Assembly (NCBI GenBank): GCA_963775425.1
Contig: CAVZJB010000003.1
Coordinates: 416,001 to 480,000, forward strand
Length of the DNA: 64,000 bases
Origin: an uncultured delta proteobacterium
GTDB lineage: Bacteria; Myxococcota; UBA727; VGSZ01
Reading direction: 5' to 3'
Made by a program: the position numbers and the translations under genes. Shown piece after piece: positions 28,915 through 38,303 of the stretch (the first letter of the stretch is position 1; every line of letters starts with the position of its first letter). Below the pieces are notes generated by a model. The model worked only from the letters and a program-made list of their open reading frames with translations. It had not been told where the DNA came from and did no database searches.

Positions 28915-30950
28915 TTCACCTCCAGGCCTTCGCAGATGTCGAGACCGTTTTGGAGCGCGTCGATGACCGTCGGGTTCGACAGGTCCTTGAAGTGGCAGGC
29001 CAGCGGATCCTGCGCACAGGCGGCTTCGTCCTCGACGATGCTCACCTTGCCCTGGGCGGGGTCCTTGAAGTTCGGTTTCACGTACTGCACGCGCGCGCAG
29101 CCGACGCGCATGTCGATGCGGCCGAGCGGGTTGTCGATGGGGGCCTCGGCGATGAAGAAGAGCACGTCGTTGAAGCCGCGCCGGCCGCCGACGAAGCGCG
29201 GCTGCGTGGTGGCGAGGTGGATGCCGCGCGCCTTCTCCGTGTAACAGGTGCGGCCGTCCTCGGTGTGGCCGTTCTCGATGAGCTCGTAGCGGATGGATTG
29301 CTGCTCGCGATCGCTGTCCGGCAGGAGCGGGTCACGCCCCTTGCGGACCTCCTCGAGGTTGGGCGTGCCGTCGAAGTCGTCGTCGCGGTTGTCTTCGGCG
29401 CGCGTGGGGTCGAGGCCGATGCGCACCTCGATGCCGTCGGGGATGGTGTCGCCGTCGGTGTCGGCGAGCTTGGGGTTGGTGCCGAGGATGTTCTCCTCGC
29501 AGCCGTTCAAGCCGTCGCCGTCGAGGTCGGTGCGGTCGACGCCGTCGAATTGCGGCGTGGCCGGACAGGCCTTGATGGGCCGCCGCTGGAACCGCGGATC
29601 GAAGCCGACGTCGGTGCGGTCCTCCTCGAACTTGTCGTCGAAGCCGTCGCCCCACGTGGCCGGGTCCTGGAGGATCTGCGGCGGCACGCCGGCGGGCAAT
29701 TGGTCGACCTGTTTGTCGGAGTCGGCCACGGCGGCGTCGGTGCCGAGGTTGAACTCGAGGTCGTCGTCGAGGCCGTCGCCGTCGGAGTCCGGGCGGAAGT
29801 CGACGACGGACGGGTCGCCGCCGGGCGGCAGGGCGTTTTTGTTGTGCGCGTACGCGTCGATGAGCGTGAAGCCCTGCTTGAGCGACGTGAAGTTGAACGA
29901 GAGGAAGTCGATCTCGCCGGAATTCTCGAAGTCGCGGAACTGGCCGTGGCCGATGTTGGCCATGCTCTGCAGCAGCGACGCCGCGCGGCACTTGTTCAGG
30001 CGGAAGATCTGCTTCACGTCGTCGCCGAGGCCGCTGTCGAAGAGCAGCGCGGTGTTGAGCTGGATCTCGCCGACGCCGAACTGTGCGCCGAGATCCATGA
30101 TGTCCTGCACCAGCCCTTCGATCTGGTAGCTGCGGTTGTAGTTGCTGTCGATCTCGAGGTCGTTGAGCGCGGTGAGCGTGCCTGCGCCGAAGTTGGGGGT
30201 GCCGTTGCCGGCGAAGGCCTGGTCCGCGCCGTCGCGGAAGAAGTCGAGGCGATCGTTGTCGTTGCAGAAGACGGACTCCTCGGCGTCCTCGCAGTAGCGG
30301 CCGGAGGGGGTGAGCGCGCCGGCCTCCCACGCCTCGGGCGCGCAGCCGTAGGGGTCGCCGCCGTACGCGCCGACGGTCTCGTCGGCGTTGATGCAGCACT
30401 TGGGATCGGGGGAGCCGTCGGAGAAGAAGACGATGACGTACTTGGTGCGCGCGAGCTCCGCGGGATCGGCGCGCAGCATGTCGAGCAGCAGGAGCTGCTT
30501 GGCGGCGTTGAGGGCGCCCTGGTAGTCGGTGGTGACGTCCTTGAGCGTGAGGAAGCTCGGCTCCTGCCAGTTGGCGGCGGAGATGAAGATGGGATCGTCG
30601 GGGTTGTTGATCTGCGGCTCGAGGTAGACGTTGCTGCCGAAGCCCATGGTGGACACGAACACGTTTTGCTGCGGCCGCAGCGTGTTCATGAGCTGGCGCA
30701 CCGCGTTGACGCGCAGGCCGGGCTGATCGGTGAACTGCATCGAGCCCGACGTGTCGACGACGAGGAGCAGCTTCACGGGGAACGCCACGTCGGCCGCCGG
30801 CCGCGTGCAGAACTGCGCATCGAGCTCGAGCAGATCGTCGACGACTGGCGGCTCGCCGTTGGTGATGGGCACGAGCTTCTGATTCGTACACCCGAGGCCG
30901 ATGATCGAGGCGAGCACCAGGCCGAGTGCGGGAGTTCGCGCGATGTTCAT
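28911..30950 (-). CDS. mtsD: VWA + thrombospondin-3 repeat lipoprotein, MtsD-like cell-cell cohesion protein
   Basis: Lipobox GLGC; FCT..FPVKLLLVVDTSGSM; RTKYVIVFFSDGSPDPKC; DSDGDGL/DTDGD repeats. Lies directly downstream of mtsC. Start 30950. Confidence 0.7.
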   Translation of the reverse strand: MNIARTPALGLVLASIIGLGCTNQKLVPITNGEPPVVDDLLELDAQFCTRPAADVAFPVKLLLVVDTSGSMQFTDQPGLRVNAVRQLMNTLRPQQNVFVSTMGFGSNVYLEPQINNPDDPIFISAANWQEPSFLTLKDVTTDYQGALNAAKQLLLLDMLRADPAELARTKYVIVFFSDGSPDPKCCINADETVGAYGGDPYGCAPEAWEAGALTPSGRYCEDAEESVFCNDNDRLDFFRDGADQAFAGNGTPNFGAGTLTALNDLEIDSNYNRSYQIEGLVQDIMDLGAQFGVGEIQLNTALLFDSGLGDDVKQIFRLNKCRAASLLQSMANIGHGQFRDFENSGEIDFLSFNFTSLKQGFTLIDAYAHNKNALPPGGDPSVVDFRPDSDGDGLDDDLEFNLGTDAAVADSDKQVDQLPAGVPPQILQDPATWGDGFDDKFEEDRTDVGFDPRFQRRPIKACPATPQFDGVDRTDLDGDGLNGCEENILGTNPKLADTDGDTIPDGIEVRIGLDPTRAEDNRDDDFDGTPNLEEVRKGRDPLLPDSDREQQSIRYELIENGHTEDGRTCYTEKARGIHLATTQPRFVGGRRGFNDVLFFIAEAPIDNPLGRIDMRVGCARVQYVKPNFKDPAQGKVSIVEDEAACAQDPLACHFKDLSNPTVIDALQNGLDICEGLEVK

Positions 30951-31032
30951 CCGTCCTCCGTCGAGCCCCGAGAGTGTACCACGATCCACGTCGTCAAACC
31001 TGTCTGCACGATCCGATCCCGCCGACCGGAGG

Positions 31033-31195
31033 GAGGCGCGCACTCTGACCGAGCGAAGCGAGGGAAGGCGTGCGGAACAAAGAATGCTGAGGCGCGCACT
31101 CTGACCGAGCGAAGCGAGGGAAGGCGTGCGGAACAAAAAAACGCTGAGCGCACTCTGATCGAGCGAGCGAGGGAAGGCGTGCGGAACAAAAAAAA
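31033..31195. repeat. Three tandem ~55-bp REP-like hairpin repeats (core CGCACTCTGACCGAGCGAAGCGAGGGAAGGCGTGCGGAACAAA)
   Basis: Copies start at about 31033, 31089 and 31146. The first two cores are identical; the third has one substitution and one deletion. Confidence 0.9.
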
Positions 31196-31227
31196 GACGA
31201 CGCCCCCGATTTCTCGGGGGCGTCGTC
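31188..31227 (-). terminator. Intrinsic terminator after mtsC
   Basis: Perfect 14-bp stem GACGACGCCCCCGA/TCGGGGGCGTCGTC with a 4-nt loop, followed by T8 on the minus strand, 20 bp after the stop. Confidence 0.85.
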
Positions 31228-31246
31228 CGGAGGAAACCGACTCTGA

Positions 31247-32572
31247 CTACTTCCCGTTGCGACGGCGGCGGCGCACGAGGAACAGCAGGCCGAGGAGGGC
31301 GGCCGCCGGAGCCGTGCTGCCCGGGGCGGCGGCGCAGAAGGTCTGCACGGGCTCGCCACCGACGTTGATGGTGACTTCCGCCTCGGAGGTCTTGCTGTCC
31401 GGGTAGGCGTCGTCCTCGGGGTGCACGAGCTCGGCGAGGAGCTTGAGGGTGTACTTGCCGGGCACGGTGGTGCTGAAGCGCGCCTCGTGGTCGGGCTCGT
31501 AGAGGTACTCAATCTCCTGCGACACGCTCACGCTGCCCTGCGGGTTGGTGATGGTGTAGGCGTTCTGGCCGTCGGCGGGCGTCGAGACCACGGTCCAGGT
31601 GTAGCGGATGGCGCGGCTCTCGCGGTTGGCGAAGATGTGCAGGAGCTTGGCGTCAGCCGTGGTCTGGGTGTCGATGGTCGGGCCCGCGTGCACGGCGAAG
31701 GGCGCGGCCGGGTCGAGGCAGCTCGCCTCGTCGGTGACCACGAAGCAGAGGAACGGGTCACACGCGTCGCCGAGGCCGTCGTGATCGATGTCCTTCTGGT
31801 CGAGGTTGGGCACGTTCAAGCAGTTGTCGAACGTGTTGTCGAGGCCGTCGTTGTCGAGGTCGTGGTCGCAGAGGTCGCCGATGCCGTCGTTGTCGTTGTC
31901 GGCCTGGTCGACGTTGGGCAGCGCGATGCAGTTGTCGAGCGCGTCGTCGATGAGGTCGGCGTCCTGGTCGGAGAAGCACGCGTTCGGCACGATGGCGTTG
32001 ACGTCGTGGCAGTCGGTGATCGGCGAACCGCCGGCGCCCGGGGCGAGCAGCGGGCAGTTGTCGACCGCGTCGGGGCAGTCGTCGTTGTCGTCGTTGCTGT
32101 CACAGGCGTTGCCGAGGACGTCGCCGTCGGCGTTCTCCTGGCCCGGGTTCGGGACGAAGGCGCAGTTGTCGACCGCGTTCAAGATGGTGTCGTTGTCGGC
32201 GTCGGGATCGCAGAGATCGCCGATGCCGTCCGCGTCCACGTCGCTGAGGTCGAAGTTGGCGGCGTTCGGGCAGTTGTCGCAGCCGTCGCCGCGGCCGTCG
32301 CCGTCGGTGTCGAGCTGGTCGGGGTTGAACGCGAAGGCGCAGTTGTCGAAGTCGTCCTCGATGCCGTCGTCATCGAAGTCGTCGGCGTACTGATAGGTAT
32401 CGCCCTGGTCGGTGAACGCGATCAGGATGGAGCAACCGCAGCCGCAGCCGCAGCCGCCACCGCTCTCGTTCGGGGTTCCGCAGAACCCGCTGTCACACTC
32501 ACCCCCGGGGGTCTGCGCGAGCGCGCTTGTCGCGCAGAGAGCAAAGGCAACGATGGGCAGAAACTTCAACAT
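31247..32572 (-). CDS. mtsC: MtsC-like thrombospondin type-3 repeat protein with MYXO-CTERM tail
   Basis: SD AGGAGG; signal peptide; GGGCGCGCG..TD.GDT motif; many DNC..PN.DQ.D.D.DG.GD.CD repeats; C-terminal Cys, TM segment and RRRRR. Confidence 0.78.
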   Translation of the reverse strand: MLKFLPIVAFALCATSALAQTPGGECDSGFCGTPNESGGGCGCGCGCSILIAFTDQGDTYQYADDFDDDGIEDDFDNCAFAFNPDQLDTDGDGRGDGCDNCPNAANFDLSDVDADGIGDLCDPDADNDTILNAVDNCAFVPNPGQENADGDVLGNACDSNDDNDDCPDAVDNCPLLAPGAGGSPITDCHDVNAIVPNACFSDQDADLIDDALDNCIALPNVDQADNDNDGIGDLCDHDLDNDGLDNTFDNCLNVPNLDQKDIDHDGLGDACDPFLCFVVTDEASCLDPAAPFAVHAGPTIDTQTTADAKLLHIFANRESRAIRYTWTVVSTPADGQNAYTITNPQGSVSVSQEIEYLYEPDHEARFSTTVPGKYTLKLLAELVHPEDDAYPDSKTSEAEVTINVGGEPVQTFCAAAPGSTAPAAALLGLLFLVRRRRRNGK

Positions 32573-32599
32573 GGCTTCCTCCTTGGCCGCGTGCTCCAA

Positions 32600-32615
32600 A
32601 GCGAGAACCGGGCCA
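32600..32615 (-). promoter_or_regulatory. Candidate sigma54 promoter TGGCCCG-GTTC-TCGCT for mtsC
   Basis: GG-N10-GC spacing with near-consensus flanks, ending about 28 bp upstream of the ATG. Confidence 0.55.
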
Positions 32616-32680
32616 GCCCGCCCGGCGCCGCCATTCCGCGTGAAATCGCGGACTTGGCTCGATGGACGCCGGGGGGTGTG

Positions 32681-32757
32681 TGGACTCGAGTCACCAACCT
32701 GCCTCTCGCTTGGGGACTCGAGTCTACGCGCAAGCGGGATTGGGGAGTGAAGTCCAC
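32681..32757. promoter_or_regulatory. Three phased palindromic sites (GACTCGAGTC x2 plus a variant), candidate activator-binding sites
   Basis: GACTCGAGTC at 32683 and 32715; variant GAGTGAAGTC at 32745; spacing 32 and 30 bp. Confidence 0.5.
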
Positions 32758-32893
32758 AGGATCGCGAGACAGTCCCACCTTGGCTCCCTCGGGCGGCGTC
32801 GGGGACGTCCCGCCTCCCCGCGCCGGGCGTCCGGCGCGCGTCCGCAGGGCGGGGCGCGCGGGCGGGTGCCCGCGAGTTGCATGGTAAACAGCC

Positions 32894-34360
32894 ATGATGA
32901 CCAAGCACGCCATCGTCGCCTCTTCGCTCGTGGGGCTGCTCGTTGGACTGTCCGTCGCGGCGGGCGCCGGCTGTCCCGCCGAGGGAGAGGGAGAGGGCGA
33001 GGGCGAGGGCGAAGGCGAGGGCGAGGGCGACACCAGCGACATCGTCCTCGACACCGCCGTGAACGTCACCGCCGACGCCACGGTCGATCCGTTCGCCACG
33101 CAGATCGGCTCCGGGCTCGCGGTCACGGCGAGGAGCGACGGCCGCTACGCGTTCGTCTTCGCCACCGACGGCGACGGCAGCACCGTCACCTGCCAGACCT
33201 TCTCGGGCGTCACGCCGCCGCCGGCGCCGCTGTCGAAGATCGTCGTGGTCGACGAGCAGCCCGACGGCACCCCGCGCACCCGCGTCGTCGACGACGTGCC
33301 GCCGCTGTTCGACGACTCCCTCGACATCACCGTCGATCCCGTGAGCGACGCGCTCGTGGTCGCGTACATGGGCGGGGACATCGCCGTCGGCTACTGCGGC
33401 GCCTCCGACCTCATGGTGGCCGTCGAGAGCGGCGACAGCTTCGTGAAGACGTCGGTGGCGGCGTCGTCGGGCGACGGCAGCGGCCCGTGCCGCACCACGC
33501 AGAACGTGTGCGCCCAGGGCGACGTCGTCGGGCGCTTCCCGGGCCTCGCGCTCGACGGCACGCGCTCGGTGATCGCGTACCTCGATCTGCACTTCGGCTT
33601 CGCCGCCGACGACATCTTCGGCTCCGACCTCGAGATCGGCCTCGCCGACGCCGAGACCCCCACGGCGCCGGACATCCTCACCGCGTGCGGCGACGCCGCC
33701 GCCGGCTACGACCTCGGCGTGACGCTCACCTCGGACGGCAAGGCGGTGGTCGCGCACAACGTCATCGCCAGCAACAACCTCGGCGCGGTGACGGGCTCGT
33801 ACGTCCCGTGCCCCGCCGTCGGCCCCGACGTCGGCATCCTGCACAAGGGCATCTACGCGGAGACCGAGCAGGACGACGGCACCTTCCAGGAGGTGCAGCT
33901 CGTGGAAAACGGCGAGGTGAGCTCGCACATCTCGGTGGCGCAGCAGGACGGGCAGGGGATCTTCGTGCTGTTCCGCGAGGACGGCACCAAGCAGCTCGTG
34001 CTCGCCCGCTCCGTCGACGACGGCGCGACGTTCACGCTGGAGTTCCCCGAGAAGCTCGGCATCACCGGCTTGTCGCCCAACATCGGCTTCCTCTCCGACG
34101 GCACCCAGATCCTCGGCTACGGCCACTGCAGCGACGACGGCGGCGACGTCGCGTGCAACCCGCATCAGGACGGCGTACGCATCGCGTGGCGCGAGGTCGG
34201 CGAGACCGCGTTCCACAAGAAGACCTTCACCGGCGACGACGAAGACCTCGACGGCACCAAGACCGACATGGTGATCGGCGCCGACGACACCGTCCTCGTC
34301 GCCTCGTACAACGTGTCCCAGGACCAGTTCGTCATCCAACGCTTCAAGAAGTCGCCATGA
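32894..34360 (+). CDS. Acidic lipoprotein with (EG)8 linker and beta-rich (propeller-like) body
   Basis: Lipobox GAGC, EG repeat at 32981-33028, Asp-box-like ARSVDDGATF. Confidence 0.78.
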   Translation: MMTKHAIVASSLVGLLVGLSVAAGAGCPAEGEGEGEGEGEGEGEGDTSDIVLDTAVNVTADATVDPFATQIGSGLAVTARSDGRYAFVFATDGDGSTVTCQTFSGVTPPPAPLSKIVVVDEQPDGTPRTRVVDDVPPLFDDSLDITVDPVSDALVVAYMGGDIAVGYCGASDLMVAVESGDSFVKTSVAASSGDGSGPCRTTQNVCAQGDVVGRFPGLALDGTRSVIAYLDLHFGFAADDIFGSDLEIGLADAETPTAPDILTACGDAAAGYDLGVTLTSDGKAVVAHNVIASNNLGAVTGSYVPCPAVGPDVGILHKGIYAETEQDDGTFQEVQLVENGEVSSHISVAQQDGQGIFVLFREDGTKQLVLARSVDDGATFTLEFPEKLGITGLSPNIGFLSDGTQILGYGHCSDDGGDVACNPHQDGVRIAWREVGETAFHKKTFTGDDEDLDGTKTDMVIGADDTVLVASYNVSQDQFVIQRFKKSP

Positions 34361-34839
34361 CAAGCACCCGTCTCCTCTTCGCCGCCGCTTCGCTGTTCGC
34401 CCTCGCCGCCGGCTGCGGCAACCCGCCGAACTTCCTCGACGGCTCCATCAAGGAGTCGCACGACCTCACCTTCGACGCGGTGGAGCTGCGCTTCCTGACG
34501 GACCAGAGCGTCTTTCAGCTCAGCTACTTCAACAGCCTCGACACCGAGGACCCGAGCGCGGGCAAGGACACCGTCGCCAAGCTGACCTTCAACGAGCCCG
34601 ACGGCGGCGCGGTCGTCGACAAGAAGATCGATCTCACCGCGGACACGGCGGGGGCGCGGGTCGAGCGCGTGACGGCCAGGAACGACCCGTTCCCCTCGGC
34701 GTTCACCAAGGGCGAGGTCACCTTCCACACCAAGCCCGCCGACAAAAAGACCGTGGACGGCGACTTCGCCATCACCTTCGACAACGGCAAGACCCTCGAC
34801 GGCGGCTTCGAGGCCCCCCTCGAAGACGTGTCGTTCTGA
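34357..34839 (+). CDS. Hypothetical lipoprotein
   Basis: MTSTRLLFAAASLFALAAGC lipobox. ATGA overlap with the upstream gene. Confidence 0.8.
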   Translation: MTSTRLLFAAASLFALAAGCGNPPNFLDGSIKESHDLTFDAVELRFLTDQSVFQLSYFNSLDTEDPSAGKDTVAKLTFNEPDGGAVVDKKIDLTADTAGARVERVTARNDPFPSAFTKGEVTFHTKPADKKTVDGDFAITFDNGKTLDGGFEAPLEDVSF

Positions 34840-34861
34840 GGCCGACCGTCGGCGTCGGGGC

Positions 34862-37537
34862 TCAGCGGCGGCGCTTGCGGAAGGCCAGCAGCGCCAGCGC
34901 GAAGCCGAGCGCGCCGAAGGAGCCGGCGTCGGTCCCGCGGCAGCCGCAGGGCTGATCGGCGCCCGGCGGCGGCGGCGTCTCGGCGGGCGAGCAGTCGAGG
35001 TCGGTGGCGACGTTGTCGACGCTGATGTTCGACAACACCGCGCTCGCGTCGGGGGCGACGATGTCGACGATGAAGGTGCGCGCGTCGCAGCCCGAGTCGA
35101 GCGTCTGGGTGAACGTGGCCGCGGACACGCCGTTGCCGTCGGCGCCGCCGATGGCGGCCTGGCTGGCGGCGTCGGTGGCGTCGAACGCGATCTCGTCGCC
35201 GTTTTCGTCGTGCGGCACGGCCTGTGAGCCGCCGTTTCCTTCGTAGCTCCACTGGATGTGGCTGTCCTCGCTGCCGGTGATCTCGTGCACCAGCACGCTC
35301 ATCGGCGCCGGGGACCCGCCGCCGAGGCCGAGGCCGCCGGCCTGCTCCGACCACGACAGCGTGAAGCCGCCCGACTTGGGCGGCACCTGCACCTTCATCT
35401 GCAGGAGCGCCGGCGCGTAGTTCGCCAGGCCCACGTCGCCCTTGCCGGGCTGGAAGAGCTGGTCCTTGGCGTTGACGTCGATGTCCGTGCCGTCGGCGTT
35501 GAGCGTGGACAGCGGCCAGACGCGAACACAGGCGGACAGCCCGCGGGTGTCGAGCTGCTGCTGGGCGAAGTCCGCCACCGTCTGCCCGAGAAGGGGTTCG
35601 GCCGCGACGGCGTCGACGAGGTTGGCGCTGGCGGCGGCGAAGTCTTCGTTGTCGCCGGAGGCCGCGACCGCGGTGAGCACCGCGCGCTCGAAGGCCTTGA
35701 TCTTGGCGGCGTCGCCGCCGAGGGAGTCGTGCACGGCCCACAGCGCGCCGGCCCAGGGCTCGCTGTCGCCGTGGACCTCGCCGATCAGGTCGTCGGGGCA
35801 CTTCTTGTCGTTGTTGTTGTCGCGCAGGCCCGTCTCGCCCGCGGGCGCGAGCTGGTCGCTCGCGTACTCGCCCACCGACGAGTTGCCCGCGAACATCGAC
35901 GACATGATGTCGGCCCAGCCCTCGTTGAGCGCGCCCGGCTCCACGTGCGTGCCGTACTCGTCGACGCCGTTGACGGCGAGGTTGGGGTTGAGCGCGTGGA
36001 CCACGCCGTGGGTGAACTCGTGGTGCACGACGTCGCCGTCGTAGGCGAAGTCACGGAAGCCCTGGAAGTAGATGTTGCTGTCGAAGGGCCGGTTGAACAG
36101 CGCCGCCAGCACCTGGAGCTCCGGCGGGATGTTGATGGGGCCGCCCGAGAGCGCGGGCACGAACGCCGCGTTGGGGATGCGCTGGTAGTCGCTGATGACG
36201 ACGGGGTTCTCGGCGCTGGCGCCCTTGCCCTGGAAGATCTGCTGGCCGATGTCCGCGAGGTTGAGCTGCGGGAACAGCACGTTGGTGGTGATGTGGAACG
36301 GGTGCACCGGCAGCCCGTTCGCGTCCACGACGGAGTCGCCGTTTGCGTCGCACTGCATGGAGTTGGGGCCGAGGCAGAACGAGTCGTCCTCGAGGACGTC
36401 GCGGACGTGCTGAAAGAACACGTACGTGGAGTGGTAGACCTCGATCTCCGCGAAGGCGTCTTCCTCGGAGGCCTTGCCCGCGAGGTCGTCCTCGCTGCGG
36501 TCCTTGTCCACGGGCGTCTCGAACCAGCCGTCGGGGTCGGCGCCCGCGGCGGCGCGGCTCGCCACGCGGGGGAGCTCCGCGCAGAACGCGACGCGCGCGA
36601 ACAGCGTGTCGCCGACGCCGGGGAGCTGAACGGGGAGGATGTTGGACGGCACGGCGAGGTCGACGGTGCTGACGTTGGCGTCGGGCGTGTCGCTCTCGGC
36701 GCACGTGGCCACCGTGTCGGCCAGGGTATCCGCGGGGAGGTTGGCCAGGCAGTCGGCGCTGCCGTCGTTGCAGATGAAGTGCTTGCAGCAGTTGAACGTC
36801 TCGAAGTGGAAGCCCTGCAGGTGGGCCCCGACGTCGTTTGGCACCAGCTCCTCGAGCTGCGCGTCCTCGAGCTCGGACGACAGGTCCGCGTCGGGGCTCG
36901 AGGGCTGATCGTTGTGGAAGACGCGCGCGGCGGTGGGCGCGTCGACGAACGTGATGGCGGGGCGGGTCAGGAGGACGTGGCCGTCGGCGGCGTCGACGTA
37001 CACGTCGCGGGTGTCGCGCAGATCGAGCGTGGGAACGCGCACCTTCCACGCGGCGTGGACGCCGTCGTTGCGCGCGAGCCACACGCGGGCGCCGAAGCCG
37101 TGCAGGCGCTCGACGGTGGTGTCGGTGAAGAGGCACCCGACGACGGCGCCGCACGCGGCGTCGATGGCGCGCGCCTCGTCGAGGTCGAAGCTGCCGTGGG
37201 GCGCCAGGGGGGCAAGGTGCCTCGCGCGCGTGATGCGGTCCTGCGCGAGGAAGAGGACGCGGTCGGCGCCTTCGACGGGGACGCCGTCGATGATGGGCGT
37301 CGCGCGCGCGATGACGCGCCGGCCGAGCCGGTGTGCGACCACGGAGACGTCGTCGGCGGCGGCCATGGCGGGGTCCTGCGCGAGCCACGACGGATCGAGG
37401 AGCGCCACCCGGGCGGCGTCCTCGAGCGCGGCGCGCGCCGCCGGTGCGGTGGCTTGCGCGGCCGCCGGCGGGGCCGGGACGGGCGCGGAGACGGCGGGGG
37501 CGGCGGCGAGGGCGACGGTGGCGACGAGGGCGAGCAT
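34862..37537 (-). CDS. Secreted M4/M36-type zinc metallopeptidase with propeptide and MYXO-CTERM tail
   Basis: FTP/PepSY-like N-terminus (IDGVPVEG, YVDAADG); HEFTH and LNEGWAD; GEVH; C-terminal CGC, TM segment and RKRRR. Confidence 0.85.
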   Translation of the reverse strand: MLALVATVALAAAPAVSAPVPAPPAAAQATAPAARAALEDAARVALLDPSWLAQDPAMAAADDVSVVAHRLGRRVIARATPIIDGVPVEGADRVLFLAQDRITRARHLAPLAPHGSFDLDEARAIDAACGAVVGCLFTDTTVERLHGFGARVWLARNDGVHAAWKVRVPTLDLRDTRDVYVDAADGHVLLTRPAITFVDAPTAARVFHNDQPSSPDADLSSELEDAQLEELVPNDVGAHLQGFHFETFNCCKHFICNDGSADCLANLPADTLADTVATCAESDTPDANVSTVDLAVPSNILPVQLPGVGDTLFARVAFCAELPRVASRAAAGADPDGWFETPVDKDRSEDDLAGKASEEDAFAEIEVYHSTYVFFQHVRDVLEDDSFCLGPNSMQCDANGDSVVDANGLPVHPFHITTNVLFPQLNLADIGQQIFQGKGASAENPVVISDYQRIPNAAFVPALSGGPINIPPELQVLAALFNRPFDSNIYFQGFRDFAYDGDVVHHEFTHGVVHALNPNLAVNGVDEYGTHVEPGALNEGWADIMSSMFAGNSSVGEYASDQLAPAGETGLRDNNNDKKCPDDLIGEVHGDSEPWAGALWAVHDSLGGDAAKIKAFERAVLTAVAASGDNEDFAAASANLVDAVAAEPLLGQTVADFAQQQLDTRGLSACVRVWPLSTLNADGTDIDVNAKDQLFQPGKGDVGLANYAPALLQMKVQVPPKSGGFTLSWSEQAGGLGLGGGSPAPMSVLVHEITGSEDSHIQWSYEGNGGSQAVPHDENGDEIAFDATDAASQAAIGGADGNGVSAATFTQTLDSGCDARTFIVDIVAPDASAVLSNISVDNVATDLDCSPAETPPPPGADQPCGCRGTDAGSFGALGFALALLAFRKRRR

Positions 37538-37661
37538 GCGGCGGACTGTAGCGCTCCGGTCCGCTGAATCCAGACCGGATCGGGGACGTCGGAATTGTCA
37601 GGCTCGACTTGCGCGGGAAAACGCCCGGCAACTACATTGGCCCCCCCGACGAGGTTTGTTG

Positions 37662-38294
37662 ATGCTGGCTCCGATCGTTCTCGCCGTCGCAACCCACTTC
37701 TCCGGTGCCGTCGACATGACGGAAGACGAGTACCGCCTGTACTGCGGTTACCTCGACGCCATCGAGAAGCCCGAGATCGCCCGGTACCATGGCAAGACGC
37801 GCGACAAGAAGGTCGCGCATCTGGCCCACGTGCGGCCCAAGGTGCTCATGTCCGCCGTCGACAAAGGGGGCAAGTACGGCGCCACGTGCGACGAGATCGG
37901 CAAGAAGGCCGAGGCCGACGCCCGCGCCGTGCTCGACGGCGCCTTCCCCGGGCGCATCTCCGTGTTCAAGCTCGACTACTCCGACCCGTCCCACGTGGTC
38001 GCCCTGGTGACCTGGCTCGGCCTCGATCGCAAGAAGGTCGTCGAGGAGGCCTCCACCATCGTCGCGTCCGTCGTCGAGGGCGCCAAGATCACAAAGACCA
38101 TCGCCGTGCGCGCCGTGGATCCCGCGGCGCCGGACAAGACGGCCGACAGCGCGATGTGGTGGGAGGCCAAGATCACGCACACGCAGGCCACGCGCATCGA
38201 CAAGAGCAAGGTCGCCGACTACGCCACCACCCGCTACCTGCGCCTGTTTGACGGCTGCAAGACCGTCATCGACGGCGCCTGTCAGGTGAAATAG
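37662..38294 (+). CDS. Hypothetical protein, possibly exported
   Basis: ATG 37662 after GAGG; hydrophobic N-terminus; normal codon bias; four Cys. Confidence 0.7.
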   Translation: MLAPIVLAVATHFSGAVDMTEDEYRLYCGYLDAIEKPEIARYHGKTRDKKVAHLAHVRPKVLMSAVDKGGKYGATCDEIGKKAEADARAVLDGAFPGRISVFKLDYSDPSHVVALVTWLGLDRKKVVEEASTIVASVVEGAKITKTIAVRAVDPAAPDKTADSAMWWEAKITHTQATRIDKSKVADYATTRYLRLFDGCKTVIDGACQVK

Positions 38295-38303
38295 CCTCGA
38301 CGC

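Noticed and set aside
31033-31195. Possible mini-CRISPR array
   Set aside because: The units are directly tandem with only about 10 nt of similar linker; there are no unique spacers and no cas genes in the window.
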